A DNA stretch of 63,765 nucleotides, counting the filler, from Reclinomonas americana ATCC 50394 (lineage: Eukaryota): assembly GCA_048213135.1 (NCBI GenBank). It is 20 parts of 20 records of this genome, joined end to end, with 100 filler letters (N's around TTAATTAATTAA, not from the genome) between each part and the next. Parts side by side here need not be neighbours in the genome. Positions count along the whole stretch, not along the records: positions 34,075 to 35,262 come from AFZH01024411.1; positions 35,363 to 39,296 come from AFZH01024412.1; positions 39,397 to 41,994 come from AFZH01024413.1; positions 42,095 to 45,560 come from AFZH01024414.1; positions 45,661 to 49,565 come from AFZH01024415.1; 15 more parts are not named here. One strand, 5' to 3'. How positions within the stretch are numbered: the first letter of the stretch is position 1; each line of letters begins with the position of its first letter. The notes beneath the pieces are model-generated. The model saw only the letters and a list, made by a program, of their open reading frames with translations, did not search any database and had not been told where the DNA came from. Positions 34,795-46,689 of this stretch are shown here, one piece after another. The position numbers were made by a program, and so were the translations under genes.

Positions 34795-35262
34795 AATCGA
34801 ACACGCGGTGCACTGGCGAATCCATGCACGAAAACATTCAACATAGAGAGTGAGGACAGAGGGAAGGGAGGCGAAGAGGGAGGGAGGAAGGGAAGAAGGG
34901 AGGGGAAGGGAGGTGAAGAAGGAGAGAGCGTGATTCGTGTCGGAAGAATGGTGCAAACACGCGGAGCACTGGCGAATACATGCACACAGACACACAGCCG
35001 TGCTCTCACCAAGAGAGGAGGAGGAGGAGAGGGAGAAGAGAGTCGAGAGAGAGAAAGGGAGGTGAATAGGGAGAGGTGAAGAGGAGGAGGAATTGTGTAA
35101 TCAAGGGGAGCAATGGCGAGTCAATGCACGAAGACACGCAACACGTATAGCGAGAGAGGAGGAGGAGAGGGAGAGAGTGAGACAGAAGAGCAGAAAGGGG
35201 GAGGAAGGGAGGGAGGGGAAGAGAGTTGAGAGAGGAAGAATTGTGCAATCATGCGGAGCACT
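34795..35262. repeat. ~150-bp degenerate repeat in a GA-rich contig with no recognisable gene
   Basis: CACGCGGWGCACTGGCGAAT-like motif at about 34802, 34958, 35105 and 35250. Confidence 0.6.
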
Positions 35263-35362
35263 NNNNNNNNNNNNNNNNNNNNNNNNNNNNNNNNNNNNNN
35301 NNNNNNTTAATTAATTAANNNNNNNNNNNNNNNNNNNNNNNNNNNNNNNNNNNNNNNNNNNN

Positions 35363-35663
35363 TTTCTGGCCTTCTCGCGACACTGGCGCGATCCCGAAGA
35401 GGCTGTGGTGCAGGCCGTCAACTACGGCGGCGATGCCGACTCGATGGGTGGCATCACAGGAGCTCTGTGCGGCGGTACGACAGCCTTCATCCCCTTCACA
35501 TGCTCGTGCCTGTCCACAAGCTGACGTCTCTCGAACAGCACTGCACGGGAGTTGGTGGATTCCCGAACACTGGCAGCGAGCGATGCGCGCCTGCACCACC
35601 GTGCAGTGGCCCCTCGACACGATCGAGCAGGTGGCGCGGAACCTGGCCTTGTGCACGCTGTGA
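35363..35663 (+). CDS. ADP-ribosylglycohydrolase (ARH/DraG family), last two exons
   Basis: AVVQAVNYGGDADSMGGITGALCG|ALHGSWWIPEHW matches the GGDxDT...AGA..GA.YG...IP..W motif; one GT-AG intron. Confidence 0.88.
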
Positions 35664-35763
35664 AAGCGAAGAGAGCGAGAGGCAAGGGAGTGAGGAGAAT
35701 GAACGAAGTCGCTGTGTCCTCTGTGTGGGCGGACGCACTTTCGTTTTCTTGTTCAGAGAGGTG

Positions 35764-38584
35764 ATGTCGCAACGATCTGTGCGCGATCTGCGCGACATTG
35801 TGGGCAAGGCACGACGTGAGTCAGCGCCCACCACCACGGCCACTACCAACTCGCAGTCGACAAGTACAACTGCGGCCGCGCTCATCTCTCCCGCGGCCTC
35901 GCACAAGTCATCGTCGTCGTCGTTGTCATCAGCTGTGCAGCTGCCGGTCGCTCGCAGAGATCACGCAGAGAGTGGCGATGTTGATGGAGGCGGTGAGGAT
36001 GGCGAGGATGATGATGATGATGATGATGATCCCGATGTGTTGGCAGCGCGCGCCATGCAGCAGGCAGGAGGGAAAACGAGTGCTCGGTGTGCTCTCCTCT
36101 CTCTCTCTCTCTCTTTGTGCCTCCTTCTATCTCTCTTACGTACTACATGCAACACAGCGGTGGCGCATCCACGCTTCGTGATCTGAAGACGCGCTTGTTG
36201 GAGGACGACGACTCGACCATCATTGCCACGCTGCAGGAGCGTCTCTTGCACCAGCGCGATGAGCTGGAGTCACGCACCAACACCATTGGCAGCATCCAGC
36301 GCAACTTTTCCAACTTGTCTGGCATCTACGCCAGCACCAAGCAGCGCATCAAGAATCTGGAGGAGCAACTGGAGGCGGCGCAGAAGGAGCTGGAGGCCGC
36401 AAGGCAAGCCATGGCACAGCAGAAAGGTACGTGAGTCGCCTGCCTCTCTCTCCTGCCTCCCTTCCTCATCGTTCTCCCTCGCGGCGTTCTGACAGAGGCC
36501 ACGGAGCTCGAGTTGGCCGCTGCACGCCAGTCGCTCACAGCCGCGGAGAAGCAGGCGGCACAACAGAGAATACGCTTCGAGGAGATCAAGGCGCAGTTCG
36601 AGGAGCACGTGAAGAAGCTGCGTGACATGAGTGAGGCCAAGGAGCGCGACTGGCACTCCCGGGAGACGGCGCTGAAAGCCGAGTTGGAAGTGCGGCGCAA
36701 CTCGTGTGACTTGCTCGAGTCGCAACGGCGACAGGACCAGTCGCTGATCGCCAACCTGCAATCCACACTCGGCCAGTGCGAGCAAGAAAAGGTGGAGCTG
36801 GGTGCCAAACTGGCTGGCGCCACCGATCAGCTGCGCGAGGCACAGGTGGCGCTCGACAGCAAGAGCACGGCTTTGTCGCGGCTGGAGGCCGACCATCGCC
36901 TCGTGCAGCAGCGATTGAACGACAGTGCTGCTGAGGTCGCCCGATTGCAGAAGGAGGTCGACTCGTTGCGGCAGGCTGCGCAGCGTGCGAGTGCCGCCGA
37001 TGCCGGGAAGGAGGAGTGGCGGGTGAAGTTTGAGTTTCGGCACGGGGAGTCTGTGGGAGTGCGCGACTGAACTGTCTTGAGTCTGCTCACTCGGCGTTTC
37101 TTCTTGCAGAAACGAATTCCGGTTGCGACAAGAGAGCGAGAGTGCACGTGCAGCTCTCGAGCAGGAATTGGCGGCGACCAAGTTGAGCCTGTCGACCATG
37201 GAGCGTGATCACACTTCGCTGCGTGCACGCATGGATCTGGCCTCGCGCAACGCGCAACAAGAGTTGGCGGATTTGCACGCACAACTGCGTGCGGCACTCG
37301 AAGAGAAGCGCCAGCTGCAGGACACTGTCGATGTGCTGCGTGCCGAGGCCGCCGCCCTGAACGATCGGCTGACCGCATTGCAGGCGGCCGCAGCAGATCG
37401 TGACAGGAGTGCTGACGGTGAGCGGCGAATGCTGTGCACGGTCTTGCTTCAACGCGGGGAGTGTCTGACAGTGCCATGCCTTCCCAATCATGCAGCGGCC
37501 AGACTCATGGGCGACGAGCTGGCGGCGGAATTGCGGCGATCACGCGATGAGATTGCCACACTGCGTGGTTGGTGGTGTTGCCGCAATAGATCTGCGGATG
37601 CGCCGTGTCTCATCGTGGCGTGATGCTCTTTCGCAGCAAACTTGGTGGTGGCCACAAAGGAGACTGCCGACCTGCAGGAGCGATGGGCAGGTCGGTCTCC
37701 GCGTCAATTTTGTTTTATTGTGCAAGCGTGATTATTGTATATGTGTGCAGAGTGTCGGCGTGATCTGGAGGCCTCTCGAGAGGATGCCGAGTATGCCAAC
37801 AGCACGGTGCAGCTGATGACCGCGCAACTGGAGGGTGTGTGTGTGTGTGTACTGAGCATTCGCTGCATCCTTCGTTATTAATCGTCACATGTGGTGCAGC
37901 ACGCGACGCAACCGTCGAGAAACTGAAATCGGAGGCCGCGACGCTCACTGGCCGCTGTTCCGATGCCGAGCTGCGAGTGCAAGGTGAAGTAATGTCGTGC
38001 ACTTGCCGGACGCCGTTCCTCTGTGCTTATTCTTGTTGCAGGACTGCAACGTCTCGTCGACGATCTGCGCATGCAACTGGCCACCGACGAAACGCTGGAG
38101 AGAATACGACGCCGTGAGCTGGAGTTGTCGAATACGATCTCCCGTTTGCTGGCGGCCGAGAAGGGCACGAAAGTTAGCTGCTTTGAAAAAACTGCGTTTG
38201 TGTCAATGTCATGCGTTGTTTGCTGACGCAGATGCAGGCTGCCCTCACGTGCATGCACTGCATGCAACTGTTTACGAATCCGCTGACATGTGTGCCGTGC
38301 GGACACACATACTGTGAGCGATGTACAGACGAGATGAAGAAGGAGCACGGACTGCGACATTGGTGTGAGGTGTGCTGAGATGGAGTGTAATTTTTGTGTT
38401 GGTCGACCTGGCATCTCACTGCAGTGCGGCTTTGGCGGTGCAGGAATGCGGCACGAGTACGCCGGTGGTGTCGACAGTGACGTGTGACATTGGCGACATG
38501 CTGGCCGGCAAGTACGACTATCGAGTGTCGGTGTTGCAGTCGATTTTGGACTCGTTTGCCTCGACCACCACTGTAAAATCATGA
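35764..38584 (+). CDS. Long coiled-coil protein, multi-exon; 3' end uncertain
   Basis: Successive E/Q/L/A-rich heptad exons (about 36160-36426, 36495-37030, 37110-37417 and later) separated by short GT-AG introns. Confidence 0.6.
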
Positions 38585-38638
38585 GTGTACGTAATTGTGT
38601 GAAGATGATGATGACATGCCGTCGTTGCGTACGTACAC

Positions 38639-39296
38639 TCAGTAAGGCATGCGATCGAGCACGCGTTCCATGAAGCGAATAATAATCTCCATCACCAGGT
38701 CGATGATTTTGTCTTCGCGAGACACACCACAGCATGTGAAGCAGCAGCAACAACAGCACAGGTAGAAACACAGATTGTGGTCGTTACGTTTGTGCAGGCG
38801 AATGTACTCGGCCGTTCGCAGCGCCTGGAGGGTCTCCTTCCACTCGCAAAAGAGAGTGGATCGCAACTCTGTGCAGTGAACCACCACGATTAGAGAAAGA
38901 AGTGGTGGCCCCTTTCCCACACCCAACGCACCATAGGGAAGCATGTACGACGTCACACGGCCACTCGCACACGCCGCCACCACCAGTGGACACGTCGTAA
39001 ATGTTTCCAGATTCACCATGTACGTGCCGTCGGAGACGGTCTGCCCACGGCAGTGCATCCAGATCTTTTGCGCTCTCGTCGTGTCGCGCAACAACTTCCA
39101 CACCATCATGGTGCCGTCGTCACTGCCGCTGACCAGAAAGCGCCCGGTGCTCATAAACGCAACAGAGTTCACACAGCCGGTGTGGCCGGATGCCATCAAC
39201 AGCACGGAGCGAGCTCGCACATCGAAAATCACCACGGCGCATCCGGGGGCCCCAGTTCCGGCGGCCAACATGGCGCCCGTTGGGTACCACGACAAA
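38639..39296 (-). CDS. WD40-repeat protein, 3' part
   Basis: SGHTGCVNSVAFMSTGRFLVSGSDDGTMMVW preceded by SWYPTGAMLAAG...VVIFDVR; helical C-terminus. Confidence 0.8.
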
Positions 39297-39396
39297 NNNN
39301 NNNNNNNNNNNNNNNNNNNNNNNNNNNNNNNNNNNNNNNNTTAATTAATTAANNNNNNNNNNNNNNNNNNNNNNNNNNNNNNNNNNNNNNNNNNNN

Positions 39397-41920
39397 ATTA
39401 TCCTCATCGTCGTCGTCATCATCACTCTGCTCGCGCACAGTCGCATCAATCTGCGAGGCATCAATGTAGCTCGACGTGAACGTGTCCAGGCCGGTGGCTG
39501 TCTTGAGGTCGCCGCCAGCGCCGTGCTTCGGGCGTTTCGGAAGACGCAGCGAGATGAAGCGAACTGGACGTCGGTACTGTGCATGGAGAGGAGATGCATG
39601 TGGTATTCAGCATCATCGTGGGTAGCACACAGAAGAAGGGAAATGCCACGCCACGTACTGAAATCGGCTCGACGGCAATCTGCGGCAGCGTGGTTTCATC
39701 AGTTTGTGCCACTCCAGCCGCAATCTCCGCTTGTCGTGCCTGCTGCTCTTGACGTGCAGGATCCTCGGCTGGCGGCACCATGACAGTTGCTGCAAGCAGG
39801 CCAGGTGTCTGCAGCACAATTAAGTGTCAACATCAACAAGATGCACGAAACAAACATAAGCAAAACACACCGTGCTCTCCACCTCGACGCTAGCTGGTGC
39901 ACTGGCGACCCCGACAGCTGGCATCGCTTCGCTGGCAGCCTCATCCACCACGGACGCCAGCTGCGACGTATCGAGGTCGCCACGCGATTCGGCATCTTCC
40001 AGCTGTGCCGACCCCCCGGCAGCATCGACGTCCGGCACCACTGCTACTGGCGGTCGAGCAAGCTGTCTGGCCACTGGTGGTGGAGGCGGAGGCGGCGGTG
40101 GAGGTGGTGGTGGTGGCGGTGGAGGTGGAGGTGCTGTCTTCTGAGAGACGAAAGAGGAGAATGCTGGAATCGTGGTGGACCGAATCGGCCGCGTCGGTGC
40201 CGTCGGCGACAGTGCAGTAGAGATGGGTGGCACAGCTGCACCTTTTCCAGCAGGCGGGACCACAGGCGTGTCGGACGGGGCACGAGAAGACAGACGTCCA
40301 CGCTTGCGCAGTACGCCAGCACCATCATCACTGGTTCCGCCCGCCGGCGGTGGTGCCGCTGCAGTCTTGACGGCGGCTGTGGACAGCGGTTGCGTCTGCG
40401 TCTGCGGCTGTGGCGCCGCGGTCGGTTGCACAGCCGCCTCAGTCGCAACGGCGGCGACTGGCGGTGCTGTGGGCGGTTGTGGCGACGGTGCTGTTGGTTG
40501 CGCCGCAACAGTTGTCGGTGCTGGAGGCGGTACTTGTGATGGTGGCTGTGGCTGTGGTTGTGATGGTTGCGCAGCTTCAGGCGCAGATGCAAGAGGCACG
40601 GGCAACTCCGGCACAAACGGCAGCGCAGGCAAACGAATCTCGGGAAGTGGGCCGCCGACAAGGGTCGGTGTTGCGGGTGCACCTTCGGAGCGACGGCGCG
40701 CCATGTTGACGTCGAACGGCAACTCGCCCACCACGCCATCCACCGTCTGACCAGGCACACCGACATCCGTGATGCGCAGCACAATGTGGCCGTCGGTGTC
40801 GAACTCCACCTCAATCTGTGCATCATGTGGGTGACAGAGAAACACACACACACATGCTGTTCTCAACGCAGCACGCAACAATAACATCAAACGGCGGTTC
40901 GCGGGTGTGACTAAGTGCGAGCGCGGCGATTGGCACTGGCGGAATGGGTTTCGTGGTGAGCCGATTGTCAATGTTCTCCAACAGCCGGACTGCCACGGGA
41001 ATGTGTGCATCAGGCGGCACCGACAGCGTCACGCTGTTACGCGCGGCCAGTTCGGCGTTTGCCGAAATGATCACGTGCGACACACTGTGACGACCGGCGG
41101 AGATTTGCGCGGTCAGCGGGTGCGGAATGAGTTCCCTCAGTTGGACGTGCAACTGCCCCACAGACGGTGATGAGCGCACGACGCGACACGAAAAGTAAGA
41201 GAACACACAAGACGTGCACGCACACTTGTCTTCACAGGCAGCGGCTGACTGGTCAAGTGGCAGCCTAGCAGTGCGCTGCCGTACGCGGCCGCGTGCATGC
41301 TGTCAAAGGGCACGCTGTAGTCGCGCTTGGCGTTGCGCAGATGCTTCGCTCCAGCAACAAGATCACACACAAGCGGTGACTCGCTTCCGCCTCCCATGAG
41401 CATCAGGTCGTCGATTGCATCCCTCGACAAGCCCACCTGGTCGCACAACTGCCGGCGGCGAATGACAATGGTCAAGGAGAAGAATAAGGAGAATGATGAT
41501 GATGAGGAGGAGAAGGAGGAGGAGGGGGAGAAGAAGAAGAACAACAACAACAAGAAGAAGAAGAAGAAGAACAAGAAGAAGAAGAGAAGCATGAAGAAGA
41601 AGAAGAAGGAGAAGAAGGAGAAGAAGAAGAGTCAGCACCAGTGGTGCTGACAATCCACGATCAATAAGCAAACACCAACCTGCTCAATCAACACCGCCAG
41701 CGGCTCAAACAGTGAGCGCACCGACTGGGCGAACTCGTTGCCGAGAATGTCGAGCTCCAAGTCCTTGCCGAAATCGGCCGCATCCAGTGAAATGGTGTAC
41801 GTGCTGTTCGTACTCAGCGCCTCCTTGGCACGCACGCACTCCAAGCGCAGGTGCATCAGTGCACGCGGATCATCGCTGAACGTCTCTCCGTACTGACGTT
41901 CATAGGCGCCCAGCGCCAAC
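39397..41920 (-). CDS. Divergent Hsp70-like protein followed by a long Pro/Ala-rich region; both ends truncated
   Basis: PRALMHLRLECVRAKEALS...GKDLELDILGNEF...LF, IDDLMLMGGGSESP, AAAYGSALLG and IEVEFDTDGHIVLRITD align in order with Hsp70 NBD lobe II and the beta substrate-binding domain. Confidence 0.75.
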
Positions 41921-42206
41921 CTGCAGCACACGCAGTGAGTACATACATGAAGGGGAGATGCACAAACAGTGAGCACGGCAAGGGCGCACTTGATNNNNNN
42001 NNNNNNNNNNNNNNNNNNNNNNNNNNNNNNNNNNNNNNTTAATTAATTAANNNNNNNNNNNNNNNNNNNNNNNNNNNNNNNNNNNNNNNNNNNNAGAGAG
42101 AGAGAGAGAGAGACAGACAGACAGTGAAACAGACAGCCACACGCACGCACGACAGTGTTCGCTCAGAGGATGGAGAAGAAAGGGGAGGAGAGATGCGCTT
42201 GCTGAC

Positions 42207-44998
42207 CTCCAAGATGATTTCCCTGCCGAGCCGCTTGGCTGCATTGACAGATGCCTGCAACTGACGACGAGCCGCCTCGCGCTGCGCGACACAAACACCA
42301 TGATAAGAATGGGGAGAACAAACAAGAGCGATGCACGATCATCACCTGTCCACTCAGTTCATCCTCCAGCCGCGCGTTAAAGATCTCCTCGCGTTTCCTG
42401 ACAATGTCGCGCTTCTTCTTCTCACGCAGCACGGCCATCTCGCCAATGCGTGCAAAGTGAATCATGTCGTGTCGCATCGATTCCATCTTTTGCTTGGCCT
42501 GCAAGTCGTTTTTCTTGACCTGGAGGGGGCGGGGAAGGGAAAGGGATGGGTGCATGAAGAGAGAGGTGTCACGATGGAGCGTAGGAGCACAGTGGTATCA
42601 AAGATGCAAGTGAGAACGAGTAGGGTGACAGAGGAGAAGTATCACAACAGGGTGCAGGAGAACAGTTTTGTCGAGGTGCAACTGAGAATGAGTACGTCGA
42701 CAGAAGGGAGAAACAACAGAACGAAGAACACCAAAGGTGCAATTGAGAAGGAATACGTCGACAGAAGAGACAACACAAAAACACGGGCCAGAAACAGGTT
42801 GGCATCGAGAACGCAGATGAGAAAAGAAAAACGACAGCGGAGACGAAACAACAACAGGGTATAGAGCACAATGTTGTCGAGGTACGAATGAGAAAGAGAG
42901 GATCTACGGAAGAGAGAAAGGGGACGAAGCACAACGTTGTCGAGTTGCGAATGAGAATGAGACGAAAGTGGGCAGTTCGACAAAAGAGTGATATCAAAAT
43001 GTCCCTGCATGTGCATAGCGTGCGTACCTTCTTGCGATTAAGTCGAATCCGGAACGGCAAGAGTGGATCGGTGTCGGTGGGGTCGGGTGGTACCTGAGCG
43101 AAACATCAACACACGAGTCAGCTCGATGCGACTGGTGACGAATGGCGAGAGCGGGAGTGGGCGTGACAGACGCGTCAGAAGAGTGAGAAGTGAGATCGTG
43201 ACAGCAGCAGCAATTAGTGTGCAGTGTACGAAAGCTGCTTCTGCAGTGATCTCACCACAAGAGAAGTCGAGGCATCACAACACATTCACTTTCTCTAATC
43301 TCCTCAAGAGCAATTGAGGAGTACATGTCACATCTCATGATTCTTACTCTGCAGATGGACGAGCTGCTCCTGCTCTCTATCAGTCGTTCGCACACAGAAA
43401 TACGTCACACGAAGATGACGAAGTACTCCACTCTCGCAACGAAGATACTCGGCGTGACATCCACCTCACTCATTCACAGGTGCAACGCGTGAAACTGTTC
43501 CAAAAACATCAACTAAGCACGAGATCTGCAAGCATACTCAAAATGATCTTTTCCACTCATTCAAAAGCATGACAATGGATGCAGCAAGATAGCACCCGCG
43601 ATGAGGACACTCGGCCTCTGTTCTCACTTCACAAGCAGCACAACACACCGGGTTGCAAGTAACACGACTGATACACTTCCACTCACTCGCAAGCTCGACA
43701 CTGGATGCAACATAAAAGCACCCGCGATGAGGACACTCGACCTCTCATCCTGCTGACTCGGGTCTCACTCACGAGCAACACAACACATGCTTGCAAATGA
43801 CACTTGCGTAGCTCTTCTCACAAGCATGACACTGGATACACCATAACACCAGCAACGAGAACAATCGACCTCTCATCTGACTCTTGTCTCACTTCACGAC
43901 TTGCAAATGACACTTGCGATGCTCTCTTCCACTAACTCACAAGCTTGACACTGGATACACAATGATAGCACTCGTGATGAGAACACTCGACCTCTCATCT
44001 AGCTGACTCTGGTCTCACTGCACGAGCAGCACAAGAAATCTGCTTGCAAATGGGACTCGTGACGCTCCCTTCCACTCAGTCACTCGACGTAGCAAGTGAG
44101 CACTCGCGACAAATACATCTGCCTCTATTCTCACTCACTCACATGATTCCTGCAGCATGACGAATCATCCCCTCCTCCCCTCGCCCTTCCCCTAAATCAA
44201 CACTCACCGCAAATATCTCATTGAAGGGCCTTCCCTCGGGATAGTACCGCGCACTCTTGGTCGTCTGCCGATCCTGTCGACGCTGTCTCCATCTTCTGTA
44301 GACACTACGCACAACGGGAGCGGCAATGTGCGGCAGATTACGCGCACAATGCTGCAGGGCCACCGACGCCGTCACCAACACCTATTCGTCGTCGAACCCA
44401 ACTGCTCAGCACCCACAAAGAACACCAGCAGCACGTGCCGAGCCACTTCCAGCCACTGACCTTCTGAAAGCCCGTCAAGTTGTCAAACACATCGAATAAT
44501 CTCTCATACACCTCCTCGGTCAGCGCACGCATCGGCTGCTGCGCAATCCACGTCTCATCATCCGAATCCACCGTGTAGTCCGTCTCCGATTTCGCTGCAC
44601 ACACAACGCTCTCACAATCAGCGCTCCCAGCTTTTGATTGCCGCCCACACAATCGACGCAACGGACAGCCATGTTGTGCCGAATGTACTTCTCCGGTCGC
44701 CGAAACACACCATCGCCAGCACCATCGCTCGACTGACCGAGTGGAGGCGGTGGTGGCGGCACTGGTCTTCTCTCTACATGTCGCACCACAGGCACATCGA
44801 CCTCAATCGCCGGCATTCCCGACTCCTCCTCCTCCTTTGATACACAATGTGAATGATTGATTGATCTGCAAAATGCATGCATGCAGACTGACTGACCTCC
44901 TCCTCGGCTTGCCCATTGTGGGTCACCGGTGTGAAGGTGATAGGTAATGGAAGGTCGGGGTTGACCGGGCGAGAGCGCAACGACGCGCGTGACGACAT
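42207..44998 (-). CDS. Enhancer of polycomb-like (EPC/Epl1, NuA4 subunit), 3' truncated
   Basis: MSSRASLRSRPVNPDLPLPI, FRRPEKYIRH, DYTVDSDDETW, VYRRWRQRR, DPLLPFRIR and KKND...REKKKRD follow the EPcA motif order. Confidence 0.85.
43540..44125. repeat. ~125-bp degenerate tandem repeat inside an EPC intron
   Basis: AAGCWTGACACTGGAT...GATGAGRACACTCGACCTCT recurs at about 43565, 43690, 43822 and 43941. Confidence 0.75.
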
Positions 44999-45663
44999 GC
45001 CTCACAAACAAACAAACACACACAAACCCGCTCACGCACGCACACAGCACAACTCTGGCGTGTGCGCGTGGAGGGCACACACACACACACGCACACTCTC
45101 TCTGCAGTCGCCACCAGCGCACGTGCGCGTGTGTTGAGAGAGAGTGTGAGTGTCAATCTGCGCAATGGAAAGAGAGAGTGATGAGCACAATGACGCGCAC
45201 AACTGTGTGTGTGTGCGTGTGTGTGCAAGAGAGAGAGTGAGAGACAAGAGAGCGCGCGTGTGTGCGCGTGTGTGTGTGAAAGAAAGAAAGGGATGGCGAT
45301 CTCGCGCGCAAACAAACACACACGCACAAACGCACACGCGCGCGCACACACCACTCACACACACTCGCACACACAGAGAGAGAGCGCGTCAGTCAAAGTG
45401 TGATTGTGAACTCACAAAGTGGCGGGAGTGCGGCTTGCCTTTTTGTGACAAAAGACAACTCTTTATGTGTCACTCGCGTTTATTTGTTTTTTTGCAATGT
45501 CAACTGTGAAAGAGGTATGCTTTTTGTGGTGTTTTCCTTGGTGTTTTGTGCTGAATGCGTNNNNNNNNNNNNNNNNNNNNNNNNNNNNNNNNNNNNNNNN
45601 NNNNTTAATTAATTAANNNNNNNNNNNNNNNNNNNNNNNNNNNNNNNNNNNNNNNNNNNNCTC

Positions 45664-45756
<93 letters not shown>

Positions 45757-46349
45757 TCTCTCCATCGCTCATGTCTTCTTCGGCAAAGATGCGTGCTCTT
45801 TGCGGCGACACGCAGCTTTCTTCCATCGCCGCCCTTCCCTCTCTGATGCACTCTTCAGAGGGTGGCGATCTGCACTCGTGCATCCGTTTCTCTCTCTCTC
45901 TCTCTCTCACTCTCTCACACACTCACTCCGTTGCTCACGTCTTCTTCGACAAGAAGACAGAAAGGAGATGTGTACTCGTTGCTGTGACACCCAGCTTTCT
46001 TCCAGCGTCGCCCTTCCCTCTCTCATACACCGTTCAGAGGGTGGCGATCTGCACTCGTGCATCCGTTTCTCTCTCTCTCACTTGTGCACGTCTTTTCGGC
46101 AAGAAGAGATGGAGAGATGCGTGCTTTCACAGTGTCCAGCACTCTCCCGCCATCACTCCCCCCGCGTACCGCCAAAGAGTGGCATCTACCTTTCTCACTC
46201 TTATCATAACAAAAAGGAAGAGCACATACATGGAGAACGCCACTGTGTCCTTGATCAGTTTCTCTCGTTCTCTCTCTCTCCCCTCACTCCCCTCTCTTCC
46301 CTCCTTCTCCCTCCTCGCTCTCCTCACTCCCTCCCCTGCCCCGCCGCAG

Positions 46350-46538
46350 ATCCGCGGCAAGCTGCATGCCTTTGATCAACACTTGAACATGGTGGTGGAG
46401 GACGTGGAGGAGACGGTGACCACGGTGAACATTCGCGACGACGGCACAGAAGAGGTGCAGACGACGACGCGACATGTACCAATGTTGTTTGTGCGTGGCG
46501 ACGGCGTGATTCTGGTGTCTCCACCCGTGCGCACGTGA
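46350..46538 (+). CDS. LSM3: U6 snRNA-associated Sm-like protein LSm3, last exon
   Basis: [24 protein letters not shown]...[16 protein letters not shown] after a polypyrimidine-CAG acceptor. Confidence 0.95.
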   Translation: MRGKLHAFDQHLNMVVEDVEETVTTVNIRDDGTEEVQTTTRHVPMLFVRGDGVILVSPPVRT

Positions 46539-46689
46539 GACGGGCCGCCCGCGGATGCGTGAGCGTAGTGAATTATTGGCGACGTATCATCATTAATCAT
46601 GCCACTTCACCTCGCACTTCACTGCACGACCCCGGCTGCGACTCTCTCCTATCCCGCTTTCTGCATCTCGTGCGCGAGACCACAAAAAA

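Noticed and set aside
32743..35012. Long S/L/F/P-rich ORFs
   Set aside because: Stop-poor CT-rich repeats with no protein-like complexity.
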